DNA of 64,000 nucleotides from Plasmodiophora brassicae (Eukaryota): contig CP145421.1 in the NCBI GenBank assembly GCA_036867785.1, forward strand, positions 372,001 through 436,000, written 5' to 3'. The translations under genes and the position numbers were made by a program. The notes below the pieces were generated by a model that was not told the origin of the DNA, did not search any database, and worked only from the letters and a program-made list of their open reading frames with translations. Shown here piece by piece: positions 1 to 10,010 of this stretch (its first letter is position 1; each line of letters opens with the position of its first letter).

Positions 1-899
1 AGCAGCACTCGTTGCCGCTTCGGCTCTGGATCCAGTGGATCTCGTAAACCGGGTCGTGGTGCGACTTCTCCACGACCGACTTCTCGACCGGGTGCGAACC
101 TGGCGCACCCGGGGCGTTAGCTGCGCGCGCGCGCACACGCACGCGGCACGCACGCACCTTTGCGGATGTCCCAGAAGCCGATCAGGCCGTTGTAGCTGCC
201 GCCGACCAGGTAGTCGGCGTTCTTCGGGTTGTACTTGATGGAGCAGAGCGGCGACGTCGGGATCAGCTCCAGGCTGGGGACGGTCGGGTTGTTGACGTCC
301 CAGATGTAGGACGACACGGGCAGGTCCTGTGGCATCTGCTGGAACGACATGACGGCGTACGAGACGGCGAGTTTCGTGGGCCCGTCCGGGTGCCAGGAGA
401 TCTGGGTGGCTGACCGGCGCACCGGGTTCGGGTCCCGGAACACGGTCAGCGTCTTGGCGGACGGCGGCTCCGGGGAGTGGTCGGCGATGACGCCCGTGAA
501 GTACTCCTCGTACATGTCGACCGTGTTGTTCTGCATGATGACCTTCTCGGCGACCGACACGAGCGACTTGATCGAGTTGCGGTACGAGTCCTCGTTCTCC
601 ACGCGGCGCAGGTGCCGCTCGCGCTCCTTGAACTCGGACGAGTTCACCTCCTTGGGCCAGCCGCCCTCGCTGTGGAACATGATCTGGTCCTTCTGGACGA
701 ACCGCTCCGTGTTCACCGAGTGCTCCGTCATCTGCGGGATGCACGACAGCTGCGACGTCGTCGCCAGGCGCGCCGTCCACTGCGGGTCCGGGCCGGGCAC
801 CGACGCGATCGACTCCATCACCGACGCCTCCGCATCGCTGAACGCCGGGTGCCGCCCGAACTCCTTCCGCTTCTTGATGTAGTCGTACGAGATCTCCAT
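1..899 (-). CDS. DNAI2: Axonemal dynein intermediate chain 2 (IC69/ODA6-like), WD40; 3' end runs off the window
   Basis: Starts MEISYDYIKKRKEFGR and contains HSEGGWPKEV, QNNTVDMYEEYF and SYIWDVNNP..GGSYNGLIGFWDIRK. Intron 157-100 (GT..CAG) resumes in frame with HHDPVYEIHWIQSRSGNEC. Confidence 0.9.
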
Positions 900-1030
900 G
901 GTGGCGCCACCCACCCTGATCGTTATGTGACTACCAGTCGGCTGCCTGCAACAACGACGTCGTCGCGCAGCCTTCTCTGGACAATGTGGTAGATGTATTC
1001 GCAGTGAGGGACGCCTGCCTGCTGGCGCCT

Positions 1031-2158
1031 TTAGAAGCACTTGCGGTGGACGATGGACGGGCCGGCCTCGTCGTACTCCTCCTTGGAGACCCACATCTGC
1101 TGGAAGGTCGACAGCGACGACAGGATCGACCCGCCGATCCAGACCGAGTACTTGCGCTCGGGCGGGGCCACGACCTTGACGCGCATCGACGACGGGGCCA
1201 GGGCGGCGACCTCCTTCTGCAGGCGCGTCGCCAGGCCGTCGTACATGGTGCTGCCGCCGGACATGACGATGTTCTCGTACAGGTCCTTGCGGATGTCGAC
1301 GTCGCACTTCATGATCGACTGGTACGCGAGCTGGTGGATGCCCTCGGACTCGTTGCCGATCATGGACGGCTGGAAGAGGACCTCGGGGGCGCGGAACCGC
1401 TCGTTGCCGACCGTGATGACCTGGCCGTCGGGCAGCTCGTAGGCGCGTTCGACCTCGGACGACTGCTCCGAGTTGGACATCTCGGTGTCGAAGTCCTGGG
1501 CGACGTACGCCAGCTTCTCCTTGATGTCGCGGACGATCTCCCGCTCGGCCGTCGTCGTGAACGAGTACCCGCGCTCGGTCAGGATCTTCATCAGGTAGTC
1601 GGTGATGTCTCGGCCGGCGATGTCGAGACGCTGGATGGCGTGCGGCAGCGCGTACCCTTCGTAGATGGGGACCGTGTGCGAGACACCGTCGCCGGCGTCC
1701 AGAACGATACCGGTCGTCCGGCCGGACGCGTACAGCGACAGGACGGCCTGGATGGCGACGTACATGGCGGGCGTGTTGAACGTCTCGAACATGATCTGCG
1801 TCATCTTCTCGCGGTTGGCCTTCGGGTTCAGCGGCGCCTCCGTCAGCATGACCGGGTGCTCCTCGGGGGCGACACGCAGCTCGTTGTAGAACGTGTGGTG
1901 CCAGATCTTCTCCATGTCGTCCCAGTTGGTGACGATGCCGTGCTCGATCGGGTACTTGAGCGTCAGGATGCCGCGCTTGGCCTGCGCCTCGTCGCCGACG
2001 TACGCGTCCTTCTGCGTGGCGCCGACCATGATGCCCACGTGGCGCGGGCGACCGACGATCGACGGGAAGACGGCGCGCGGGGCGTCGTCACCGGCGAAAC
2101 CGGCCTTGACCATGCCGGAGCCATTGTCGACAACGAGGGCCTGGACTTCGTCAGACAT
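1031..2158 (-). CDS. ACT: Actin, intronless, 375 aa
   Basis: Canonical actin throughout: [44 protein letters not shown]-terminal IVHRKCF. Confidence 0.99.
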   Translation of the reverse strand: MSDEVQALVVDNGSGMVKAGFAGDDAPRAVFPSIVGRPRHVGIMVGATQKDAYVGDEAQAKRGILTLKYPIEHGIVTNWDDMEKIWHHTFYNELRVAPEEHPVMLTEAPLNPKANREKMTQIMFETFNTPAMYVAIQAVLSLYASGRTTGIVLDAGDGVSHTVPIYEGYALPHAIQRLDIAGRDITDYLMKILTERGYSFTTTAEREIVRDIKEKLAYVAQDFDTEMSNSEQSSEVERAYELPDGQVITVGNERFRAPEVLFQPSMIGNESEGIHQLAYQSIMKCDVDIRKDLYENIVMSGGSTMYDGLATRLQKEVAALAPSSMRVKVVAPPERKYSVWIGGSILSSLSTFQQMWVSKEEYDEAGPSIVHRKCF

Positions 2159-2796
2159 GTTGCTGTTGCTGTCGGGGGACTTGATGCGCGACCCGGCGAT
2201 GCGTTTGCAGAATGGCGTTGGCGAACGCCGGGAGCATGGCCTAGCCCCGGCGGCCAGACGTTGGGTCGCAGGCCTGACCCAAAATAGCGTTGCGCCTCGG
2301 ACGACCCCGATTTAGAGGCGCCGTGGCACATTGCTCAAAATAGAATTGCAGCTGGTCGGCCGCGTTTTTCGGCCAGCCGCCCAGCCCCCCGCCTGGAGTT
2401 CGTTGAAAAGGCAATAGACTTTTACAGGAACAATGAACGCAGGTTGGAGATCGTTCGACGGCGCATATCTGAACTGTGGCTCGCCGTGCTGGAGTTACCT
2501 GCACCAGGTTGGTGACGGTGTCATGGAAGCCTTGTGGATGGCGACGTCGATGATGGCGAGGCCGCGCTGTCAGCTCGCGAACAACCTCAATGGACTCGTC
2601 AGTTCACGGTATGCTGTCCGGCAAACAGCCGTTGAGGCCATGCGTCCTGGGCCAACCTGAAATGAGTCATTCCGCCTTGGCGGATATGTTGGGTCCAGCA
2701 TTTCGGGGCGGACGTTGCCGAGTTCAAATTGGGCGCACTTCTTGGAGCTGGCCACGGCGACGGAGTTGGGGAGGCTGGGCCGTCTTCCTGTTGGGA

Positions 2797-4331
2797 ATGG
2801 GCCAGGGCACGGCCGTCTGTCCCATCTGCTGCAACGTCGTCCCCATACCAATCATCAATGACCACATCGATTCTGGATGCACTATGATGACGAAGCCGGC
2901 GCCGAGCTGGGGGTCGCTGGCGTCGTCGCCGTCGTCGGCGAACGCGACGCCCAACAGGAAACGGCGGCGCAGATCGCATTTCGTGGAGTGCCCAGTCTGT
3001 CAGAAATCTGTCGCAGAGATCAACCTTGACGACCACCTTGACAAGTCGTGCCTTGCCAAATCGTCGTACCCGCCGCCTGCGACCGTTCCCATGTCGCAGT
3101 CAAACCGGGTCGACCCCAGTAATACTCCTGGACGGTCCATCAATGACGTCCTTTCTCCTAAACCAGGTGCGTATCCCGATTCGCATACGATTCCGCTCTT
3201 CTCATGCCTGAAACAGCGACCGCGTTCAATCGTGCCGGGCGAAAACCGATTGTTGCCGAGCACATGTGGTGCTGGACGTATTCCGGTGGTGTTTGGCGTC
3301 TCGACTGCGATGCCAGGTTGGCAATGGCAGTGCCGCCGAATGCATTTCGCTGTGAAATGGAGTGCGACCGGGATGCCCCGATCCGCGTAACCGTTGTCAT
3401 CGCCGACGACGGTGCTGTGTTTGATGCCGACAGCAATGCGCTGCGCTTCAATGCCTGCAGGGAGCGTTCCTACAAGTTCTCGCCGTCGTTCCTGAAGAGC
3501 CTTCTCCAGAAGAACATCAGGCTGTCCCGTCCGGATTCGGCTGTTCGATCGGCGCTGTTGGCCATCAAGAAGATCAACATCGTTGAGTTCCTCAGACGCC
3601 TCCTCATCATCATCGTCGAGGACGCCGCTATGCACGCTGCCTTCCCCTGGCTGACCTGCTTGACGATCGCATGCAGCAAAGGGTACAAGCCCACTACCTC
3701 CGCCGTCTCCCTCATGCTGTCCATCGTCTACGAACTGGCTGCGGTCGCGTTCAAGGAAGACGTCGCCGACGACATCGCACCGGTGACATTGCACGACAAC
3801 GTGTCGACAATGTCGCGGGCGCTGTTGCTACGTGCGTTTCTCGGCGGAATGCCTGGGGACGTCGAACTGGTTCGTCGTGCAGCAGCCATGTGGGCGAGCA
3901 GACCGATGCCGCTGGACGCCAGGTTCGCATTCGGGCCTGGTGACGCCATGGCAAACGATTCGGTGTACGAACCTGTGATGGTGGACGTGGATGCGGTTGC
4001 CTACCCTGATGATGCCGACCTGGTGCTCAGCGCTGTCGACTACCATTGCAGCGACATGGGCAAGTACCTAATGGGGCTGGGGCACATCAGAGCATTACTG
4101 CCGCCTCGCGACGACAATTCAGCATTGCTGCTGTTGCAGAATGTCATCTGGAGATGTAGGAGCTCGCTGACGAACAAGAAGGAGGTTAACGACCGCAATC
4201 CAGATGGCGACCCTGAAGTCATGCAGCGGTTACAGGCGATATACGAGCGCATTCGTGACGATATCGAAGCGTTCGCTATCGACTTCATCGACAGGAGACG
4301 TGCGGCACACAGTCAGCCGTTGTCGCAATGA
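2797..4331 (+). CDS. Protein with two Rad18-type UBZ zinc fingers and a helical C-terminal domain
   Basis: Exon 1 has CPICCNVVPIPIINDHIDSGC and CPVCQKSVAEINLDDHLDKSC. Intron ~3167-3216 joins in frame to ORF 3204-4331 (LKSLLQKNIRL, FLRRLLIIIVEDA). Confidence 0.7.
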
Positions 4332-4388
4332 TTACACCCCTTAACTATTCCCGCTGCCGTTGCATATACGCTGTGTCTTATACTTAGG

Positions 4389-5405
4389 CTACAAAAGTGA
4401 CGAGAAGATGTCGTCCACGTCATCGGAGGTCTTTGCCCGTTTCCGTTTCTTGGTCTTTGGTTTCCTGGCCTGACTCGACGCCGTCTCGACGGCGGGTTTC
4501 GACTCACGAGCGGTGCCAGTGTCCGGTTCGGCTTCGGCTTGACTAGAAGAACAAGCGATACTCGACGACACGGCAACATTGGGTCGGGTATCCTCGCCTG
4601 AGTACACTGAAACGACATCCATTGCATCTGCATCTGGCTCCGCCCGACTGTCGTCATTCTCGAACGAATCTGGGGTATTGGGAACGGCGAGAATAGCGTG
4701 CGCTGCTGACAGATCGGCCGGCCTGACGACATCGCACGGCGCCGTATCAGACATCCAACCTGCCTGCTTAGAGAGCCAGGGCTCGACCGCGACGGTTCCT
4801 GCCAGATCCCGAACGGCATTCAAGGCATATCGATGGAGACAGTAGATGCGGGACAGCACGGCCGTTAACGTTAGCGACATCGCCATGAAATACGTCTGTT
4901 TGACGAGCGCAAGCAAATGCCTGCACGTTCGACCATGAGAAATGCGATACATCGCATTGTGCCACCGAGGGCGTACACGCAGCATTTAACAACGACGTCA
5001 AGCGACTGACGAAGCGACGGGCCGACGCGCGCAATGCATTCCCGAACCAGGACATCGGCAGCGGCCCTACGAAGGTAAGCATTAAGGGCGGCCACTGCAT
5101 AGGACGCGTGATAACGATTACGTGATCTGCGATGATGACCTCGTCTGGATATCCGATAGACAGTTCCACAGGACGGTGATATCGTCGCGTCGAAGGCATC
5201 GGCGGACCTGCGGCGATGGTCAGCGACAGGCGCCGCAAGGGCGATGACGCGCGACGCCTACCTCGAGGACCTTTCTGAAATACACGCCGCGACGATGCGC
5301 GTTCTTGTACTTGTAGATCATGCGGTCCAGCAGCGCGCGCTCGGTCGTCAGCGCCGACAGCGCGTTCCAGCAGCGCTCCTTGCAGGTCACCAGGGCACCG
5401 TCCAT
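4389..5405 (-). CDS. NEPRO/Rmp1 (DUF4477)-like RNase MRP / nucleolar protein, spliced
   Basis: N-terminal ERALLDRMIYKYKNAHRRGVYF, central YFMAMSLTLTAVLSRIY, basic C-terminus ending DDVDDIFSSLL. Confidence 0.65.
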
Positions 5406-5975
5406 AGCGGCTCTGCGGACGCACTCCTCCACTGTCACGCAGCACCGGCAGCGCCCATTCGGCCGCAATTCGCAATCGCCGCGTATGCGCCTTGCCGCCC
5501 CTTGTGTACGGCGTACGCCTTATCGCCTCGCTGCCTGATTATTATCCGATCTAGACCTGGTGGTACTGTTCACCGCACCCCCACTGTTCTATTGATCAGT
5601 AGAATCGGGAATTGGTGCACCGAACCTCGATGACGTTTTCTACAATTGAAAGAGTTTAGTGGTAAGAGTTTCTCCAGAAGCAATGTACGTCCCGCATGGC
5701 CCGCATGGGGGTAGGTATGGCTGTTTGTTGGTAAACTGCGTTCTCTATTTGACACAATATTGGGCACATCAGATGGCACATCAGATTTTGAATGTCATGA
5801 CCTGTGGTCCTCATTGTGTTCGTGACGATTGGACTCGCAAGTCGGCCCGACGCAGCATTGATCCGTTGCGTCGGGCGTCGACTAGCCGTACGTGTTTATT
5901 CACGATATCGCGAGCCTGAACGTCCTGCACTCGAACTGATCCCGGCTTCCTACCGACCTGCGCCCGTCAACCACT

Positions 5976-6335
5976 ATGGCCAACGACGAGCTGCTCCTGA
6001 TCGTCGTCGCGTCCCTGGCCGTCCTCGCGCAAGGAACGGCGCCAACCGGGGAAGAGACCAAACCTGAAGTGTCAGCGGAGAACCAAGTGGTCGTCAACCG
6101 GAACGACGTCGCAACGATGCGCAAGGACGCCGTTAACGAAGCGAATAGGAAACCGGTGCTGACTCCAGTCATCAGCAACCATCGCGGTATGGCACATGAC
6201 GATGACGCCTCTATAACAGTCGTCCAATGGAATATCCTCTCCGACGACTATTTCGTGGCGCGCGAGATCGACGCTGAGGCCGTCGCGTTCGCCCAGCGCT
6301 TCGACAGGGTGGCGCAGGTTCACGGACAGGGTACA
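5976..6335 (+). pseudogene. Truncated signal-peptide protein with the start of an EEP (CCR4/nocturnin-like) domain
   Basis: Hydrophobic N-terminus LLLIVVASLAVLAQG and the first EEP motif ITVVQWNILSDDY. The later LQEV/GDFN/SDH motifs are not seen, and a copia fragment follows. Confidence 0.45.
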
Positions 6336-6382
6336 CCCGAGTTGTGCTGTCAACCGGCTGTCTCACCGGGAGCGATGATGCT

Positions 6383-6456
6383 GGACTAAGCGAAGAGGCG
6401 TACGTGGACACCATGCTGAACCGCTTCAAAATGAACACCTGAAGCCGGTAGGGACG
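6383..6456 (+). mobile_element. Ty1/copia reverse transcriptase remnant
   Basis: Translates GLSEEAYVDTMLNRFKMNT and then, after a frameshift, KPVGT. This resembles the copia RT segment LSQ..Y...L.RF.M..CKPV.TP. Confidence 0.6.
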
Positions 6457-6699
6457 GGCCTGTTCACCACAGCCGCTGAACGGGACGTACTCGGCCTGCG
6501 GGCCACCACAGGTTCATTAGGTCCCACCTTCGTTCAACTCGGCCGGGCCGGCTATTCGGATGCATCTCCGGGATCCCACCTTCCTCACTGTGGCTCGCGT
6601 GCCTGCCAGTGTGGGAGTCTAACGTGACACACTGTGATCCGTCGGCCACACTGTCCAGTGCCAAGTGAGTACAGCCAGATCGGCCGAGATATTCGTTAT

Positions 6700-8290
6700 T
6701 CTTCAAAGTTGTCTGGGAACCGATGGGCAACCAGTTGTGCGCGCCCTGGTCAAGCTTGCTGCGGCGGCGGCCGTCTCGTGCGGCGCCGTCCCGTCGACAG
6801 CTTCATTCTCAGCAGCATACGGGCGAGGTCAGCCAGCAGCCGTGCACCGGCCCTGTCGATGCGTCGCGCCTAACGCAAGAGGTACGCCCGGCACGTGTCA
6901 CCGTTCTGACCCGGCTGACCGCAGCGGCAACCAGAACGCCGAGTTGCGACGACGAATTCAGGATCTCGAAGCCGGCGTCGCACGTGCGCCTGCGTCAACG
7001 ACAGCCGGCAGTCTACCTCCTCGTCCGCTCCCTCCGTTCGTGGCCGCGTTCTCATGCACTTGTGGGGCCGTCACTGATGGTGGTGCTGCTGACAGGACCG
7101 CTCCTGCAGCGCCTACCCCGGCACCGGTCACCAGTCCTGGAGCAGGAGCGCCGCCTGCGCCCCTCTGCCCTCCTGTGCCGGCTGCACCTGCAGCGCCGCC
7201 TGCGCCCCTCTGCCCTCCTGTGCCGCCTGCGCCCCTCTGCCCTCCTGTGCCGCCTGCGCCCCTCTGCCCTCCTGTGCCGCCTGCGCCCCTCTGCCCTCCT
7301 GTGCCGCCTGCGCCCCTCTGCCCTCCTGTGCCGCCTGCGCCCCTCTGCCCTCCTGTGCCGGCAGCGCCCCCGGCCCCGCCAGCGCCGCCAGCACCCCCGG
7401 CCCCGCCAGCGCCGGCAGCGCCCCCGGCCCCGCCAGCGCCCCCCACTGTGTCGGCGTCAGCAGCCGTACCCGGAGTGCCTCCTCCTCCTCCCCCTCCTCC
7501 TCCACCACCACCGCCTGCACGACCGCCATGCGTCCCAGGTTCGTCAGCGGACTGCTCGCTGCGCCAATGCATGACACAGGCTGCGAGTAGGGTGCCCGCC
7601 GCCACCGCCACCACCAGCTCCCGCATGCGGTGCGGTTCGGCGCCCGCTTCCTCCTGGACTGAAGGCGAAGCCCGAGCTGCCAAAGCGCCAGTTGAGGAAC
7701 CTTCACTGGTAAGCGATGTGCGCGCTAGTACCATCGCCCGTCACCAGGTGACCGGCACGGGTGTCAGGACAACGATTCCCGTCCACGAGATCGCGGACAC
7801 GATCTGGATGAAGCTGAACAATTCGGATCCTGAGCTGGACACGGCGCTGTTCCAGCAAGCGTTCGCCACGGTCGCCCAGAAACCATCTTCGCTCGCTTCG
7901 GATCAGAAGCCCAAGGTCGGTGCGCATGTCGATGCGTTTCGGATCTGGTCGACTCAGGTATCGGGACAGTCGGCTCCAGTACGAGCTGAACGCGTCAAGC
8001 TCATCGATTCGAAACGGTCGCATAACGTGGAACTGTCTCTCGGTATGTACCCGGGTGCGCACCGGTCGTCGCTGACGAACCAGCTGACGGCACGTTCCGT
8101 ATAGCACGGTTCAAGATGAGCCCCGGCGAGATTCGCGACGCCGTCCTGTACCTGGACCAGGCACGTCTGAGCGCCCACCAGGTCAGCACCCTCTGGAAAT
8201 GCTGCCCCACGCAGCCAGAGATTGCACTGGTGGGTGGCCATTCAGCATAATATGACCTGGCCGTTGTCCGGTCAGCCGAGCTGCTGACCT
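6700..8290 (+). pseudogene. Formin fragment: coiled coil, FH1 and N-terminal part of FH2, with introns, truncated by a fold-back
   Basis: Polyproline FH1. Spliced FH2 start KPELPKRQLRNLHW/TTIPVHEIADTIW, then KLIDSKRSHNVELSL and ARFKMSPGEIRDAVLYLD..LWKCCPTQPEIAL. GT-AG introns at ~7539-7590, ~7709-7768, ~7916-7957 and ~8043-8104. Confidence 0.8.
7151..7357 (+). repeat. 27-bp tandem repeat CCGCCTGCGCCCCTCTGCCCTCCTGTG (PPAPLCPPV): one copy plus six tandem copies
   Basis: Read directly: one copy at 7151-7177 and six identical copies at 7196-7357. Confidence 0.95.
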
Positions 8291-8402
8291 GCTGACTGGA
8301 CAACGGCCAGGTCATGCTGAATGACCACCGTACCAGAGCAATCTCTGGCTGCGTTGGGCAGCATTTCCAGAGGGTGCTGACCTGGTGGGCGCTCAGACGT
8401 GC
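8161..8402. repeat. Long inverted repeat (arms ~115 bp, 14-nt loop) made of formin exon and intron sequence
   Basis: 8161-8276 is the reverse complement of 8291-8402. The outer 47 bp match perfectly, followed by a few mismatches and small indels (one of 5 nt). Confidence 0.95.
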
Positions 8403-8730
8403 ACAGCATCAACGTTTCGCTTCTCACCTGCCACCGACTCCGAATCAACTTGGTTTCGTTCCTCGCGTGGCACCGACTGATCGCGTGTCGTGATCCAGTG
8501 GATCCGGCACCAAATCCCAATGCCGGGCGATTCGAGCGCCGAGCGCCGGGAGTTCCCAATGAACTACGAGAGCTTGCCGAGGACACTACGTGGTCTGGTA
8601 ATTAACCTGACGCCGCACAGGCAGACTGGGGCGACCGCCAAGTCGCTGCAGGCCTGCGCCTTTCTCCTACGTTGCCATAATGTGGCCTCAACGCATCGCA
8701 CGCCCACCGCCTGTATTCGACCTGCGTACG

Positions 8731-9013
8731 TCAGGGTGCCCGTTTCCCGCCGCCGGACGTCGGTTTGGCCACATGAGACGCCCTCTCCGCCTGCACGTAC
8801 GATTCCGCAAAGTCGTGCAGTGTCCGGAAGAGGGCGTCCCACGTGGCCTTTCCTGGCGTCCCGCCGTACCAGGCCGACACACGGCCGACGTCAGCCAGCA
8901 ACGCGTCCACCTGCTCCATCACCACAGACGTCTCCGCCTGCACGTACGGTTCCGAGAAGTCGTGCAGTGTCATGCATGTGGCCTGTCGGCCGTGTGTCGG
9001 CCTGGTACGGCGG
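8731..9013 (-). pseudogene. Inverted C-terminal fragment of a formin FH2 domain, internally duplicated
   Basis: RVSAWYGGTPGKATWDALFRTLHDFAESYVQA resembles the FH2 end motif YFGE.P....EFF..L..F...F..A. Direct repeat at 8784-8824/8931-8971; 29-bp inverted repeat at 8861-8889/8985-9013. Confidence 0.6.
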
Positions 9014-9018
9014 ACCGC

Positions 9019-9114
9019 CGTTACATCCGATCTATCGAGAATACGGCAGACATCTTCACCAAGCGCCTGGGGGCCGTCCTCTTCAAGAAACACCGGGCCG
9101 CCCTAAACGTAATC
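9019..9114 (+). mobile_element. Ty1/copia RNase H C-terminal remnant
   Basis: YIRSIENTADIFTKRLGAVLFKKHRAALNV matches the copia ADIFTK motif and its downstream helix. Confidence 0.8.
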
Positions 9115-9361
9115 CCCCGACCCGGCTGCACGGACGACCGACATTCAACCGAGTCGGCGAAATGTCGCGTTATATGAAGCCGCCCTAACACCGCGGCATC
9201 TCACGGCCTTTCCCACGGCCTGAAACTAAACTGAACCAACTCACTTCTAATGAGACTACCAAATGTGCATGATGCACCGTACCTTCAAGCCAGCAGGGGC
9301 AGGCGACGCAAGGATGCCCGCAACTGTGTCATGGCATCGTGTATGTTCTGCTGGATGCGAA

Positions 9362-10010
9362 TCATTTATTGGACGTAGTACCGACGTGACGCCAAGTGTT
9401 GAGGATTGTATCTTTGATGATCTGCGTTCCGCTGTCGTACGCCCACATTGCAATGTCCTGACGCGTAGGCTCCTGGCGGATGTCCTGCCGACTGATCAGG
9501 AGAGTCGAGATGCCGTTGACGCAGAAGCCTTTAAACGGCTTGTTGATGCCGAGATCAAGGACCTGAAGTTTGGACGTGTACGCAGCCACCACGACTTGGA
9601 CAAAGAACGCCAGGCGCCTTCATAGACGTGCACATATTCCACTGCCTCGCTTACCTCAGAACCGAGATCGGCGGACTTGTCGACGACACTCGCCTCGAGG
9701 TGCGCCGAGAAATCATCGAGCATGAGATACGAATAAGTTGCCTCATGCTCGACAGCTTCTCAGCGCACCTCGAGTCGAGTGTCGTTGACAAGTTCGCCGA
9801 TCTCGGTACTGAGCATACTCGAGGTGCGCCGAGAAACTGTCGAGCAGGAGGTACGAACAACACCAGCGCCAAACCGTCGGCACTCGTGGAAGAGCATGGT
9901 GGCCGTGACCGGAAGCGACTTCTCCCGCATCTGCACCTTCCACATCTTGTCGCGCCGCGGCGGACGTCTTCTTTGTCGAGCAACTTTCGCCACCGCTTGA
10001 TCTGACGCCA
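9362..10010 (-). mobile_element. Degenerate pogo/Tigger-type (DDE_1, Tc1/mariner superfamily) transposase remnant
   Basis: Fragments IKRWRK and QMREKSLPVTATML (HTH/CENP-B-like), LLLDSFSAHLE, YTSKLQVLDLGINKPFK and PTRQDIAMWAYDS..ILNTWRHVG. Broken by frameshifts and rearrangement. Confidence 0.8.
9655..9860. repeat. Inverted triplication of the transposase LDxFSAHLE segment (-,+,-)
   Basis: 9655-9726 is the reverse complement of 9742-9813 (72-bp arms, 15-nt loop). A third, partial copy lies at 9818-9860. Confidence 0.9.

Noticed and set aside
122-157. (GC)n/(CA)n tract, and (CAC)n tracts at ~54141 and ~61251
   Set aside because: Ordinary microsatellites in introns or spacers.
986-2287. Long antisense or alternate-frame ORFs (986-2287, 35916-37949, 39664-40884, 45768-46862, 62890-63738 and others)
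   Set aside because: They are shadows of genes with GC3-rich codons on the opposite strand or in another frame, and carry no independent motifs.
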